This document shows, in pieces, positions 46,842 through 55,143 of a stretch of 64,000 nt of DNA. Origin of the DNA: Candidatus Algichlamydia australiensis. GTDB lineage: Bacteria; Chlamydiota; Chlamydiia; Chlamydiales; JAJFMI01. Below the pieces are notes generated by a model. It saw only the letters and a list, made by a program, of their open reading frames with translations. It was not told where the DNA came from and ran no database searches. Numbering within the stretch: the first letter of the stretch is position 1; the number at the start of each line of letters is the position of its first letter. The position numbers and the translations under genes are program-made. The DNA is taken from the NCBI GenBank assembly GCA_033977065.1, contig JAXCHI010000003.1, positions 256,001 to 320,000 of the forward strand, in the 5' to 3' direction.

Positions 46842-47842
46842 TTAATAGGTGGAATGATATAGCTGTTGCAAAATCCGTCGATGGCCTGAAGAAAATGGCA
46901 GTTTCACCATCTCCTCCAAAGTTTTCCATAAGTAGGGCGTGACCATCTTTTTTTGTGCATGCCAGTGAGTAGGAAAGAGGTGCGCCTTAAACCGCGTAAA
47001 GGTGTGCGTCTCTTTGGGATACTCTTGATGAAATTTGAGTTTGATTCCTAAAAATGTTTCTAAGCACTCCTCTTTTTCTACAAAGGGAAACTCCCAAAGC
47101 CCCTCCATTACCTGCCCTTTGGCAACTTGACCCACTAAAAATTCTCCGGAAGCTTCGATAAGGCCAACAGCGCGATAGAGATGGGTCGTTTTGATCTTCT
47201 TGCGCTTGTTGGGTAGCTGCAAATTTTTCTTTTTTGCTACGCACTCTTTGCGCAGCGGACAGATGGGGCATTTGGGGGTTTTTCCACAGACAAGGGCGCC
47301 TAATTCAATCAGCGCTTCACTAATTTCCCATGGCTTTTCTTCCGGCAGAAGGTTTTGCGCACGTATGCGGATCTCTTTTTGCGTCGCGGGCAAGTCGATC
47401 GGTGCTTCTATTCCCCAAAAGCGTGAGAGGACGCGCATCACATTGCCGTCAACTGCTGCCGCTTTCTGATGAAAAGCAAAGCTTAAAATTGCCCCAAGCG
47501 TGTAGGGACCAATTCCTTCAATTGTGGCAAGCGCCTCTGGGTCTGCAGGAAGCCTTCCGCCAAATTCGGCCACGATGCGCCTTGCCCCTTTTGTAAATTG
47601 CGCGCGCGCGAGTAGTACCCTAGCCCTTCCCAACACTTTAACACTTTTTCTTCGGGAGCTTTGGCCAAATCGCGCACAGTGGGGAAGAGCTCCATCCATC
47701 GCAAGAAGTAGGGAATGACAACATTTGCGCGGGTCTGCTGCAGCATCACCTCAGAAACCCAAACACGGTAAGGTGTCACCTCTTCCCTCCAGGGAAAATC
47801 GCGTTTTTCAAAATTAAACCAAGATCTAAGCTCGCCTAACAT
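46842..47842 (-). pseudogene. mutY: A/G-specific adenine glycosylase, frameshifted
   Basis: [30 protein letters not shown] in one frame; GIGPYT, VDGNVMRV, CxxxxxxCxxCxxxxxC, GLWEFP in the -1 frame. Break at CAAAAGGGGC (47584-47593). Confidence 0.9.
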
Positions 47843-47867
47843 TGCAGCTTATTGTACCATCCGAATT

Positions 47868-48917
47868 ATGAATATGAAAAGAACTTGTGCCCTTATTTTT
47901 GGGGATAATATTGCCTACCTTGATCACGTCGCTCCGCTCGCGGCACTTTTAGAAATTCCTCTTGTTGTGACAGAAAGCGAAATCTTTGAACTGGCAAATC
48001 GCTACTACCCCGACCTTGTTGTCCACCATATCGATTGGATTGAGGTGACCAAACGCCTCGTTCCAGAATACGATATTTTAATTACCAACATGCCAGCTTT
48101 TTTCCTCCGCAAACTCTTTCGCATGTCAGAGATGATGGCAGGCAAAAAAATTCTTTCGATCTGGGTGCCACACGGCAACTCCGATAAACACTTTCCCTTT
48201 GAAGGATTGCCTCACGAAACAATCGCCTTAATCTATGGCAACCAGATGGAGCAAATTTTTAAATCGCGCGGCGTCTATAAACAGATTCCTCATGTGCTCA
48301 CCGTTGGCAACTATCGCCTCACCTATTATGAGCGCCTGAAAAACTTTTATGATAAAAAGATCTCTTCCGAAGTTCTGTCTCACCTCAACAGGGAAAAGAA
48401 AACAGTTCTCTATGCACCGACGTGGAATGATGGCGGCGACACCTCTACGCTCTTTGTCACTGCACCTACTCTTATTGAAAAGTTGACTCCCAAATACAAC
48501 CTCATCATCAAACTCCATCCCAGCACCTCGATTTTGGATATGAGCGGCCTGCAAGCACTCATGCGCGAGTATGGAGATAGCACTCTTTTCTTGGAGCACT
48601 ACCCGCCTGTCTATCCTCTACTCGATTTAGCAGACGCCTACATCGGCGACATCTCCTCAATTGGCTACGACTTTTTGCACTTTGATAAACCGATGTTTTT
48701 CTTGCAGCCCGACGAGGATCTTCCCTTGCACCAAGCCGGCCTTGGCATAGAAAAGCTTGATGAGATTTCTCAGCTTATCGAAAACACGCAAAGCGAATTT
48801 TCAGAAAAACGAAAAGCTCTTTACTCGCATGCATTTGCCAAACCGTTTGAGCGCGAAAAACTCAAAGAGATCATTTTTTCAACATGTGAAAAGGCACTCG
48901 AAGCTCGGGTATTATGA
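47868..48917 (+). CDS. CDP-glycerol glycerophosphotransferase family protein (TagB/TagF-like) 1
   Basis: PHGNSDK, LYAPTW, IKLHP, GDISSIGYDFL..DKP. Confidence 0.85.
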   Translation: MNMKRTCALIFGDNIAYLDHVAPLAALLEIPLVVTESEIFELANRYYPDLVVHHIDWIEVTKRLVPEYDILITNMPAFFLRKLFRMSEMMAGKKILSIWVPHGNSDKHFPFEGLPHETIALIYGNQMEQIFKSRGVYKQIPHVLTVGNYRLTYYERLKNFYDKKISSEVLSHLNREKKTVLYAPTWNDGGDTSTLFVTAPTLIEKLTPKYNLIIKLHPSTSILDMSGLQALMREYGDSTLFLEHYPPVYPLLDLADAYIGDISSIGYDFLHFDKPMFFLQPDEDLPLHQAGLGIEKLDEISQLIENTQSEFSEKRKALYSHAFAKPFEREKLKEIIFSTCEKALEARVL

Positions 48918-49075
48918 GATCATCCCACTATTCATGTTCCCAATTTTTCCATGCTTTTGGCTCGTTTATTCCTCAATTTTTTCGACCAACTTTTCAAAGT
49001 TTGCCTCACAAATTGAGAAAAAACGAACAGAAAATCAAGAAAAAATTTATAAACAGCAACAGTAGGATCATCTCA
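48915..49075. repeat. 161-bp palindromic element, family C, flanked by TTA
   Basis: TGAGATCATCCCACT / AGTAGGATCATCTCA terminal IR (13/15); internal CTCAATTT/AAATTGAG; TTA at 48912-48914 and 49076-49078. Confidence 0.75.
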
Positions 49076-49077
49076 TT

Positions 49078-49956
49078 ATGAGATCCGCAGCCCTTTGCAA
49101 TGGCCACCTCTACCACTACCTTGATCATCTCGCTCCCCTTTGCGACCTCTTGCAAATCCCCTTGCTAACCAATGATGTAAAAATTGAAAAGCTTGCGCGC
49201 CACTACTACCCCATGGTGGAAACGCGCTACGTTCCGCCAGTCGAAATGACACCGCACTTTTTAGGCCACTACTTTGATTGCCTCTTTGTGACAGAAAAAC
49301 ATGCGCGAAAAAAATTGCAGCCGCTCATTAAAGCGGCCTGCGGTAAGCAAGTAACTTTTTGTTATCTTCCCCACGGCAACTCCGATAAAGGTCTTTTGAA
49401 TCCTGCACTCAATCCCTTTCCTGAGCAGGAGATGGCGCTCATCTATGGTGCACAGATGGAAGAGCGCTTTTGTAAAAACATCCCAGCAAAACGCATCGGA
49501 AACTTTCGCTATGAGTTTTATCTGCGCTACCAAAAATTTTACGATGATCTTGTAGAGCAAGAGCTGCAACTTCCACCCAAAAAAATCCTTCTCTATGCGC
49601 CTACCTGGGAAGATGGCGAACATGGCACCACCATCTTTACTAAAAAAAATTTTCCGAAAGATGCACACATAGTGATCAAAGCGCACCCACTGCTCTTTGA
49701 AACACACCTAGCCGAAATGGTGCGAAAAGATTCTCTTGCGGACTTTCCTCTGATCTATCCTCTCCTAGCACGCACAGACGCCTACATCGGCGACTATTCC
49801 TCCATCGGTTATGATTTTTTAACTTTTGATCGCCCTCTCTACTTTTGTGGAGAAGCAGAGACCGAGCTCACCAAGTGTGGAAGCCGCTGGCCTGAAGAAA
49901 ATCTCCCTGAATGTGCAGAAAAACGAAAAAAATTGTACACCCACGTTTTTAATTAA
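49078..49956 (+). CDS. CDP-glycerol glycerophosphotransferase family protein 2
   Basis: YLDHLAPL, PHGNSDK, LYAPTW, KAHP, GDYSSIGYDFL. Confidence 0.85.
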   Translation: MRSAALCNGHLYHYLDHLAPLCDLLQIPLLTNDVKIEKLARHYYPMVETRYVPPVEMTPHFLGHYFDCLFVTEKHARKKLQPLIKAACGKQVTFCYLPHGNSDKGLLNPALNPFPEQEMALIYGAQMEERFCKNIPAKRIGNFRYEFYLRYQKFYDDLVEQELQLPPKKILLYAPTWEDGEHGTTIFTKKNFPKDAHIVIKAHPLLFETHLAEMVRKDSLADFPLIYPLLARTDAYIGDYSSIGYDFLTFDRPLYFCGEAETELTKCGSRWPEENLPECAEKRKKLYTHVFN

Positions 49957-49976
49957 AATATTTTTTATATATTCTG

Positions 49977-51053
49977 ATGAGCATGCGAATGGCTGCTGCA
50001 ATCTTTGGTTCCAAAAGGCTCTATCTTGATCACTTAGCTCCTCTTGCCGCCCTTTTACAAATTCCTTTGATTGTCACAGAGTCTGAAATCTACCAACTTA
50101 CAAAAAAGTACTATCCCGATATCGATGTTCTTCTCTATGAAGGGCTCGCCGCTACAACTGCCATCGTTGCCGACTATGAAATTCTCATCACTACACTCCC
50201 CTGCACACTTCTTAAACGCATGCTCTTTTTTGCCTGCCAAGCGCTCAAAAAAGAGCCAAAAATGATCTGGATTCCTCATGGCAACTCCGACAAAGGGCGA
50301 AAAAAACCTTTAATGGAAGGTCTTGGAAGCGAAGAGACAATCCTAGTTTACGGACAAAAGATGATGGACTTCATTGAAGAGAAAGGAGTACTAGAGCAAA
50401 TCCCCCATGTTCATCAGTTAGGAAATTATCGTTACACCTATTATCTGAAACATAAAGATTTTTACAGAGAGCTCACGCAAAAATACCGTAGCTACCAAAA
50501 GACAATTCTCTACGCTCCCACCTGGGAAGATTTTGAATCTTCCGGTACTCTTTTCAATCTCGGCAGAGAAGCGTTAAAAAAATTAGGATCCTCTCATCAG
50601 ATACTCATCAAGCTTCATCCCAATACCGTGCGGGAAAAGACAGCAGAACTTTTGCAACTCAAAACCGAATTTCCCACCGCCACTTTTATTGAAGAATTTC
50701 CTCCCATCTATCCTCTCTGTGATCTTGCCGATATCTATCTTGGGGATATGTCCTCTATCGGTTACGACTTTTTGACCTTTCAAAAACCTCTTTTCTTTCT
50801 CAATCCTCACAACGACGATCCAGAAAAACTAGGTCTTTCTCTTCATCAATGTGGCTATACGATCTCCCCCGATCAAATTGAGGAACTTCCTCACCTCATC
50901 GAAAAGAAACAAGAAGAACTTTCAGACCAAAAGCAAAAGCTCTATTCCCACACCTTTGCAAAAACCTTTGATCCAGAGAATTTGACAGCGGTCATATTGA
51001 ATACTTGGGACAAAAACTTAAGTCACTCACAATCAACACCTGAAGAAATTTAA
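49977..51053 (+). CDS. CDP-glycerol glycerophosphotransferase family protein 3
   Basis: YLDHLAPL, PHGNSDK, LYAPTW, KLHP, GDMSSIGYDFL. Confidence 0.85.
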   Translation: MSMRMAAAIFGSKRLYLDHLAPLAALLQIPLIVTESEIYQLTKKYYPDIDVLLYEGLAATTAIVADYEILITTLPCTLLKRMLFFACQALKKEPKMIWIPHGNSDKGRKKPLMEGLGSEETILVYGQKMMDFIEEKGVLEQIPHVHQLGNYRYTYYLKHKDFYRELTQKYRSYQKTILYAPTWEDFESSGTLFNLGREALKKLGSSHQILIKLHPNTVREKTAELLQLKTEFPTATFIEEFPPIYPLCDLADIYLGDMSSIGYDFLTFQKPLFFLNPHNDDPEKLGLSLHQCGYTISPDQIEELPHLIEKKQEELSDQKQKLYSHTFAKTFDPENLTAVILNTWDKNLSHSQSTPEEI

Positions 51054-51140
51054 CCCTGTATTTTAGCCATTTTTGGCCGAAATAACCCCTAATAATAGCC
51101 AATTTTGGCTGAAATAACCCCTAAAAACAGCCATTTATGA
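51051..51140 (+). repeat. 32-bp tandem repeat (about 2.8 copies) upstream of the AAA/DUF4143 gene
   Basis: Units at 51051, 51083 and 51115: TAACCC(C)T.A....AGCCA.TTTTGGC.GAAA, the full units carrying an internal GCCA/TGGC dyad. Confidence 0.85.
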
Positions 51141-51152
51141 TAGAGTTAAAGC

Positions 51153-52478
51153 ATGAAACGAACTATTGAAGACGAACTCCAGTTATGGAAAAATGACCCT
51201 TTTCGCATGCCCCTGCTCGTGCGCGGAGCGAGACAGGCAGGAAAAAGCCATACGATTGAAAAATTTGGGAAAGAAAATTTCGCTCAAGTTGTGACAGTAA
51301 ATTTTGAACTGCAGCCCCTGCTCATTGAGTGCTTTCAAGATCTAGATCCCAAAAAAATCGTTAGAGAGCTGGAACTTTCTCTAAAAGTAAAAATCAAACC
51401 CGGCTCGACCCTCCTATTTTTTGATGAAATCCAATTCTCCCCCCAAGCGATTGTTTCTCTTAGATATTTCAAAGAGAAACTGCCAGATCTCCATTTGATC
51501 GCGGCAGGCTCTCTTCTCGAATTTGCTCTTGTTGATAAAAACATCAACTTTCCAGTTGGACGAGTGCAATCCGTTTATATGCGCCCCCTCTCATTTTTAG
51601 AATTTCTTGAAGTAGTAAATGAAGAGGGCTTAGTTGAATTTATCTCAAATTTTGAATGGACCACAAAAATTAGCCAACCCGTCCATGAAAGATTGATGGA
51701 GCTTGTGAAGATTTATTTTTTCACAGGGGGCATGCCGGGTACCATCATTCGGTATAAAGAAACGAAGTCTTTTACAACATGCCAAAACTATTTATTAAAC
51801 CTAATTAATCTTTACAGGTCAGACATGGCCAAATATGCGACAAAAACACAATATCGCAATCTTCAAACACTTTTTGACAAAGCACCTGAAACAGTTGGCC
51901 TTCGATTTAAGTATACACACGTCGACCCAAATACAAAATCTCGCGATCTACAAACTGCACTCGACCAGCTTTCATGGGCGGGGCTTGTGACTCCTGTTTT
52001 TGCCTCATCAGCAACTGGAGCGCCCCTGCAACATCAAATAAAATCCAAGGTGCAAAAACTTCTCTATCTTGATATAGGAATGTTGCAAACGGCCCTCAAA
52101 GTCGACCCTATCCTATTTTTTCGAGAAGACCTAATCATGATCCACTCTGGAGCTTTAGCTGAACAGTTTGTGGGGCAAGAATTCTTAGCCTACGCAAATC
52201 CTCATGACAGAATGCAACTCTATTTTTGGGAAAGAGAAAAGAGAGGAAGTGAGGCTGAAGTCGACTATCTCCTTTCCGTTGATGGTTCTATCATTCCAAT
52301 TGAAGTCAAAGCCGGTAGCACAGGGAGACTTCGCTCCCTGCAAATTTTTCTAAAAGAAAAAAATGCTCCTTATGGAATTCAAATCTGCAGCGCAAAACCT
52401 GAAAAAAAAGAAAATGTATTCACACTCCCCTTTTACTTGATCAGTCAAATCCAAAGACTTTTTACGCAAAAAACTTAA
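51153..52478 (+). CDS. AAA_14 ATPase with C-terminal DUF4143 (PD-(D/E)XK-like) domain
   Basis: GARQAGKS, FFDEIQ, AAGSLL, FPVGRV, GGMP, KLLYLDIG, EVDY...IPIEVKAG. Confidence 0.9.
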   Translation: MKRTIEDELQLWKNDPFRMPLLVRGARQAGKSHTIEKFGKENFAQVVTVNFELQPLLIECFQDLDPKKIVRELELSLKVKIKPGSTLLFFDEIQFSPQAIVSLRYFKEKLPDLHLIAAGSLLEFALVDKNINFPVGRVQSVYMRPLSFLEFLEVVNEEGLVEFISNFEWTTKISQPVHERLMELVKIYFFTGGMPGTIIRYKETKSFTTCQNYLLNLINLYRSDMAKYATKTQYRNLQTLFDKAPETVGLRFKYTHVDPNTKSRDLQTALDQLSWAGLVTPVFASSATGAPLQHQIKSKVQKLLYLDIGMLQTALKVDPILFFREDLIMIHSGALAEQFVGQEFLAYANPHDRMQLYFWEREKRGSEAEVDYLLSVDGSIIPIEVKAGSTGRLRSLQIFLKEKNAPYGIQICSAKPEKKENVFTLPFYLISQIQRLFTQKT

Positions 52479-52497
52479 CTTACGCTATTCTCAGCGT

Positions 52498-52869
52498 ATG
52501 GGAAAGTGGAAAAAATCTTCAGAAGAGTTAAAGGAAAAATTCTTAAGTACAATGGCAGCTTTTGCAGAAGCTGAACCAAGGAAAATGTTTGGGTACCCTT
52601 GCTGCTTTTTGCATGGCAATATGTTTACCGGACTGCACGAAGAAAACTGGGTGCTGCGCCTACAAGATGAGGATCGCGAAGCAATGATAGCAGAGCACAA
52701 TGCTGAGCGTTTTGCGCCAATGGGACGTCTGATGAAAGAGTATGTCATCCTACCAAAAGGAGTTTTGACTGATGAGACAGCACTCACCTCATGGATCCAA
52801 AAATCCATCAGCTATGTGATGACATTGCCGGTTAAGATTCAGAAGAAAAAAGCAAATGCAAAAGCTTAA
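52498..52869 (+). CDS. TfoX/Sxy N-terminal domain protein
   Basis: RKMFG.PC.F..GNMF.G, F.PMGR.MKEY, L..WI..S..Y...LP.K. Confidence 0.85.
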   Translation: MGKWKKSSEELKEKFLSTMAAFAEAEPRKMFGYPCCFLHGNMFTGLHEENWVLRLQDEDREAMIAEHNAERFAPMGRLMKEYVILPKGVLTDETALTSWIQKSISYVMTLPVKIQKKKANAKA

Positions 52870-53797
52870 GATCATCTAAGTTTTGTACAGCCATGCGCGC
52901 TTCGATATCGTAGGAGAAATCTCCCTCTTTTAGCGGAGCTACTTTGGTCACAACGCCTGCAGTTAGGCCTTCAGGAAAGAGCCCATCCATTCCTGTTGTC
53001 ACAAGCAGATCACCAACGTGTAAGATATCTCCCGTGAGAGGGCGTGCAGCGCCCTTTTCATCTGCATGATCATAATTAAACCCTTGTCCACGAAGAAAGA
53101 GAGAGCGCTCGCGCCAGAGCGGCGGGCCGCTACCGTGAAGTTCTCCTTTGGCCAGCTCGAGACTTTCTCTGTTTTGCAAAAGTTTGCTATTGAGAAGAGA
53201 GAGATGTTGCAGAGTCTCTTCTTTTTCTTCACTGTTAGTAAAAAGATTTTCTAAATGAGGGAGGGTGTTGAGCAGAGTTTGAATTTGCGAGTGGGCTAAG
53301 CGGTGTTGCGCTTCTCCTCGCTGCGCTCGGACGGATGGGACGAGTGTGGGATCGGTGATCACACGCACACGGCATTTTTTTTTGTGCACTTCATCCACTA
53401 TACCGAGAAGCGCGCTGCCCACAGTTGCGACACTATTTTTTTTGATTCCATCTTGTGCACCTCGATCAACCCAAAGTGTTGTACTCCAAGGCGAGAGATC
53501 TCGATTGAGTACTTTTGCGCTCAAAACTCTGCTTTTGTTATGCGACAAGATGGTTTGCTGTTGCAAAAGGTAGGAGTAGAGCTTTTCTACTTCACTACTC
53601 AACTGTGTGTTGATCGCTTGTAAACGCAAAAGTTCTTTATCAGTAGGCGTTTTTTGCAGTTTGGTAGGAAGAGAAGCAAGCCCCATCGCCATCATTCGCA
53701 AGGGTGCGATGCGCTCATTTGGGAGCGCAGCTCCTAACATTAAGATAAGAGGCAAAAGCAGGTGTCTATTGCACCACTTTGGCAATAGCATCGGCAA
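52832..53797 (-). CDS. mreC: Rod shape-determining protein MreC
   Basis: Coiled coil, AKVLNRD...W...LWVDRG..DGI, GDLLVTTGMDGLFPEGL..G.V. Confidence 0.88.
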   Translation of the reverse strand: MPMLLPKWCNRHLLLPLILMLGAALPNERIAPLRMMAMGLASLPTKLQKTPTDKELLRLQAINTQLSSEVEKLYSYLLQQQTILSHNKSRVLSAKVLNRDLSPWSTTLWVDRGAQDGIKKNSVATVGSALLGIVDEVHKKKCRVRVITDPTLVPSVRAQRGEAQHRLAHSQIQTLLNTLPHLENLFTNSEEKEETLQHLSLLNSKLLQNRESLELAKGELHGSGPPLWRERSLFLRGQGFNYDHADEKGAARPLTGDILHVGDLLVTTGMDGLFPEGLTAGVVTKVAPLKEGDFSYDIEARMAVQNLDDLKLLHLLFSSES

Positions 53798-54947
53798 CTC
53801 TCTCTACGTTTTGCTTGTTTAATCCGCAGATATTGATTCGCCCTGAATCGGTCATGTAGATTCCAGACTCTTCGCGTACTTTATGAACTTGCTCTTTGGT
53901 CAATCCCGTGTAGGAGAAAAGACCTCTGCTCTCATTAAGAAAGGAGAAATCTCGTCCTGGAATGCGTTTTGTTAGCTCAGCTGTAAACTGTTGGCGCATA
54001 CCCGTGATGCGCGCCCGCATCTGATCCAATTCCGCTTCCCACTCCGCGCGAAGTGTTGGATCTTGTAAAATCATTCCTACAAGTTTTGCGCCGTGACAAG
54101 GAGGATTGGAGTAATTAGAGCGTATAAGCTGTTTTACGTTAGAAAGGACATTCATTGCTTCTTCTTTAGAGCTTGTTAAGACGTAGAGAGCGCCCGTTCT
54201 CTCACCATAGAGCCCAAAGTTTTTTGAACAAGAGGCAGCCACTGCCATATTGTGTCCGGCCTTAGCAAAAAGGCGAATGGGTGCACGGTCACGATCTAAG
54301 CCGTCACCAAAACCGAGGTAAGCAAGATCAAAGAAAGGAAATAGTCCTTTTTCTAAAAACAGAACAGAGAGTTTTTCCCACTGCTCCATCGAAAAATCTG
54401 TGCCTGTGGGATTGTGACAACAGCCATGCAAAATGACAACCGAGCCCTTGGGCAATGAAGAAAAATAGGCGAAAGTTTTTTCAAAATCAACGCGATGCGT
54501 CTCATTATTGTAATAAGGATAGCTCTCTGTTTTCAATCCCGCAGCTTTAGCCACTTTTAGGTGGTTGGGCCAACTGGGATTGGGAATGTGAACTGTGCCA
54601 TTAGAAACTTCTTTTAAAAGATCAAGACCCACACGAATTGCCCCTGTTCCTCCAACACTCTGTGCAGAAACAATCCCCTCAAGATTTTCTCCAAAAATCA
54701 GCTCTTGCAAACCATCGAGATAGCGCGAGTCTCCGTCAATGGAAAGATAAGTTTTGCTCGGCTCTCGTTTGCAAAGCAGCTCTTCCGCCTTATGCACAAC
54801 ATTCATTGTTTTCTGTTGCAGGTCGGCGTCATAATAGACACCAACACCCAAGTTAATCTTGTCGGAGCGCGGATCATTTTTGTAAGCGGTGGTTAACCCC
54901 AAAATAGGATCTGGTGCTTTTAGTTCGACGTGTTTAAAGAAATCCAT
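53766..54947 (-). CDS. aspC: Aspartate/aromatic amino acid aminotransferase
   Basis: DPILGL, INLGVGVY, HGCCHNPTG, DLAYLGF, SCSKNFGLYGERTG, SGRINICG; start moved to ATG 54947 (SD GGGAG). Confidence 0.95.
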   Translation of the reverse strand: MDFFKHVELKAPDPILGLTTAYKNDPRSDKINLGVGVYYDADLQQKTMNVVHKAEELLCKREPSKTYLSIDGDSRYLDGLQELIFGENLEGIVSAQSVGGTGAIRVGLDLLKEVSNGTVHIPNPSWPNHLKVAKAAGLKTESYPYYNNETHRVDFEKTFAYFSSLPKGSVVILHGCCHNPTGTDFSMEQWEKLSVLFLEKGLFPFFDLAYLGFGDGLDRDRAPIRLFAKAGHNMAVAASCSKNFGLYGERTGALYVLTSSKEEAMNVLSNVKQLIRSNYSNPPCHGAKLVGMILQDPTLRAEWEAELDQMRARITGMRQQFTAELTKRIPGRDFSFLNESRGLFSYTGLTKEQVHKVREESGIYMTDSGRINICGLNKQNVERVADAIAKVVQ

Positions 54948-55070
54948 CCATTCACTCCCTAGTCTTATCATATGTGTCTGGTCGATTCCCAGCAAATGAG
55001 TCGTGGTTAATATAGTAGTAATTATTAGAAGTTGTAGGGAAAAAAGTCGTTGCTGTATCATGGGTCCTCC

Positions 55071-55143
55071 GGGGCGTTAGCTCAGTTGGTAGAGCGCAAC
55101 AATGGCATTGTTGAGGTCAACGGTTCGACCCCGTTACGCTCCA
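55071..55143 (+). tRNA. tRNA-Ala(GGC)
   Basis: GGGGCGT/ACGCTCC acceptor stem with G3:U70, D arm, CAACA-ATGGCAT-TGTTG anticodon arm, GGTTCGACCC T loop; CCA not encoded. Confidence 0.96.

Noticed and set aside
47600..47610. (GC)n dinucleotide repeat as a mutY phase-variation switch
   Set aside because: It encodes the conserved SRAR motif; a 2-bp slip would restore frame but destroy RNL. The lesion maps better to the A4G4 run.
51051..51140. CRISPR array
   Set aside because: The 32-bp units are contiguous with no unique spacers, there are fewer than three full copies, and no cas genes are present.
54948..55061. N-terminal signal-like extension on AspC
   Set aside because: An SD-preceded ATG at 54947 gives a normal 393-aa enzyme; the extension is the divergent aspC/tRNA promoter region.
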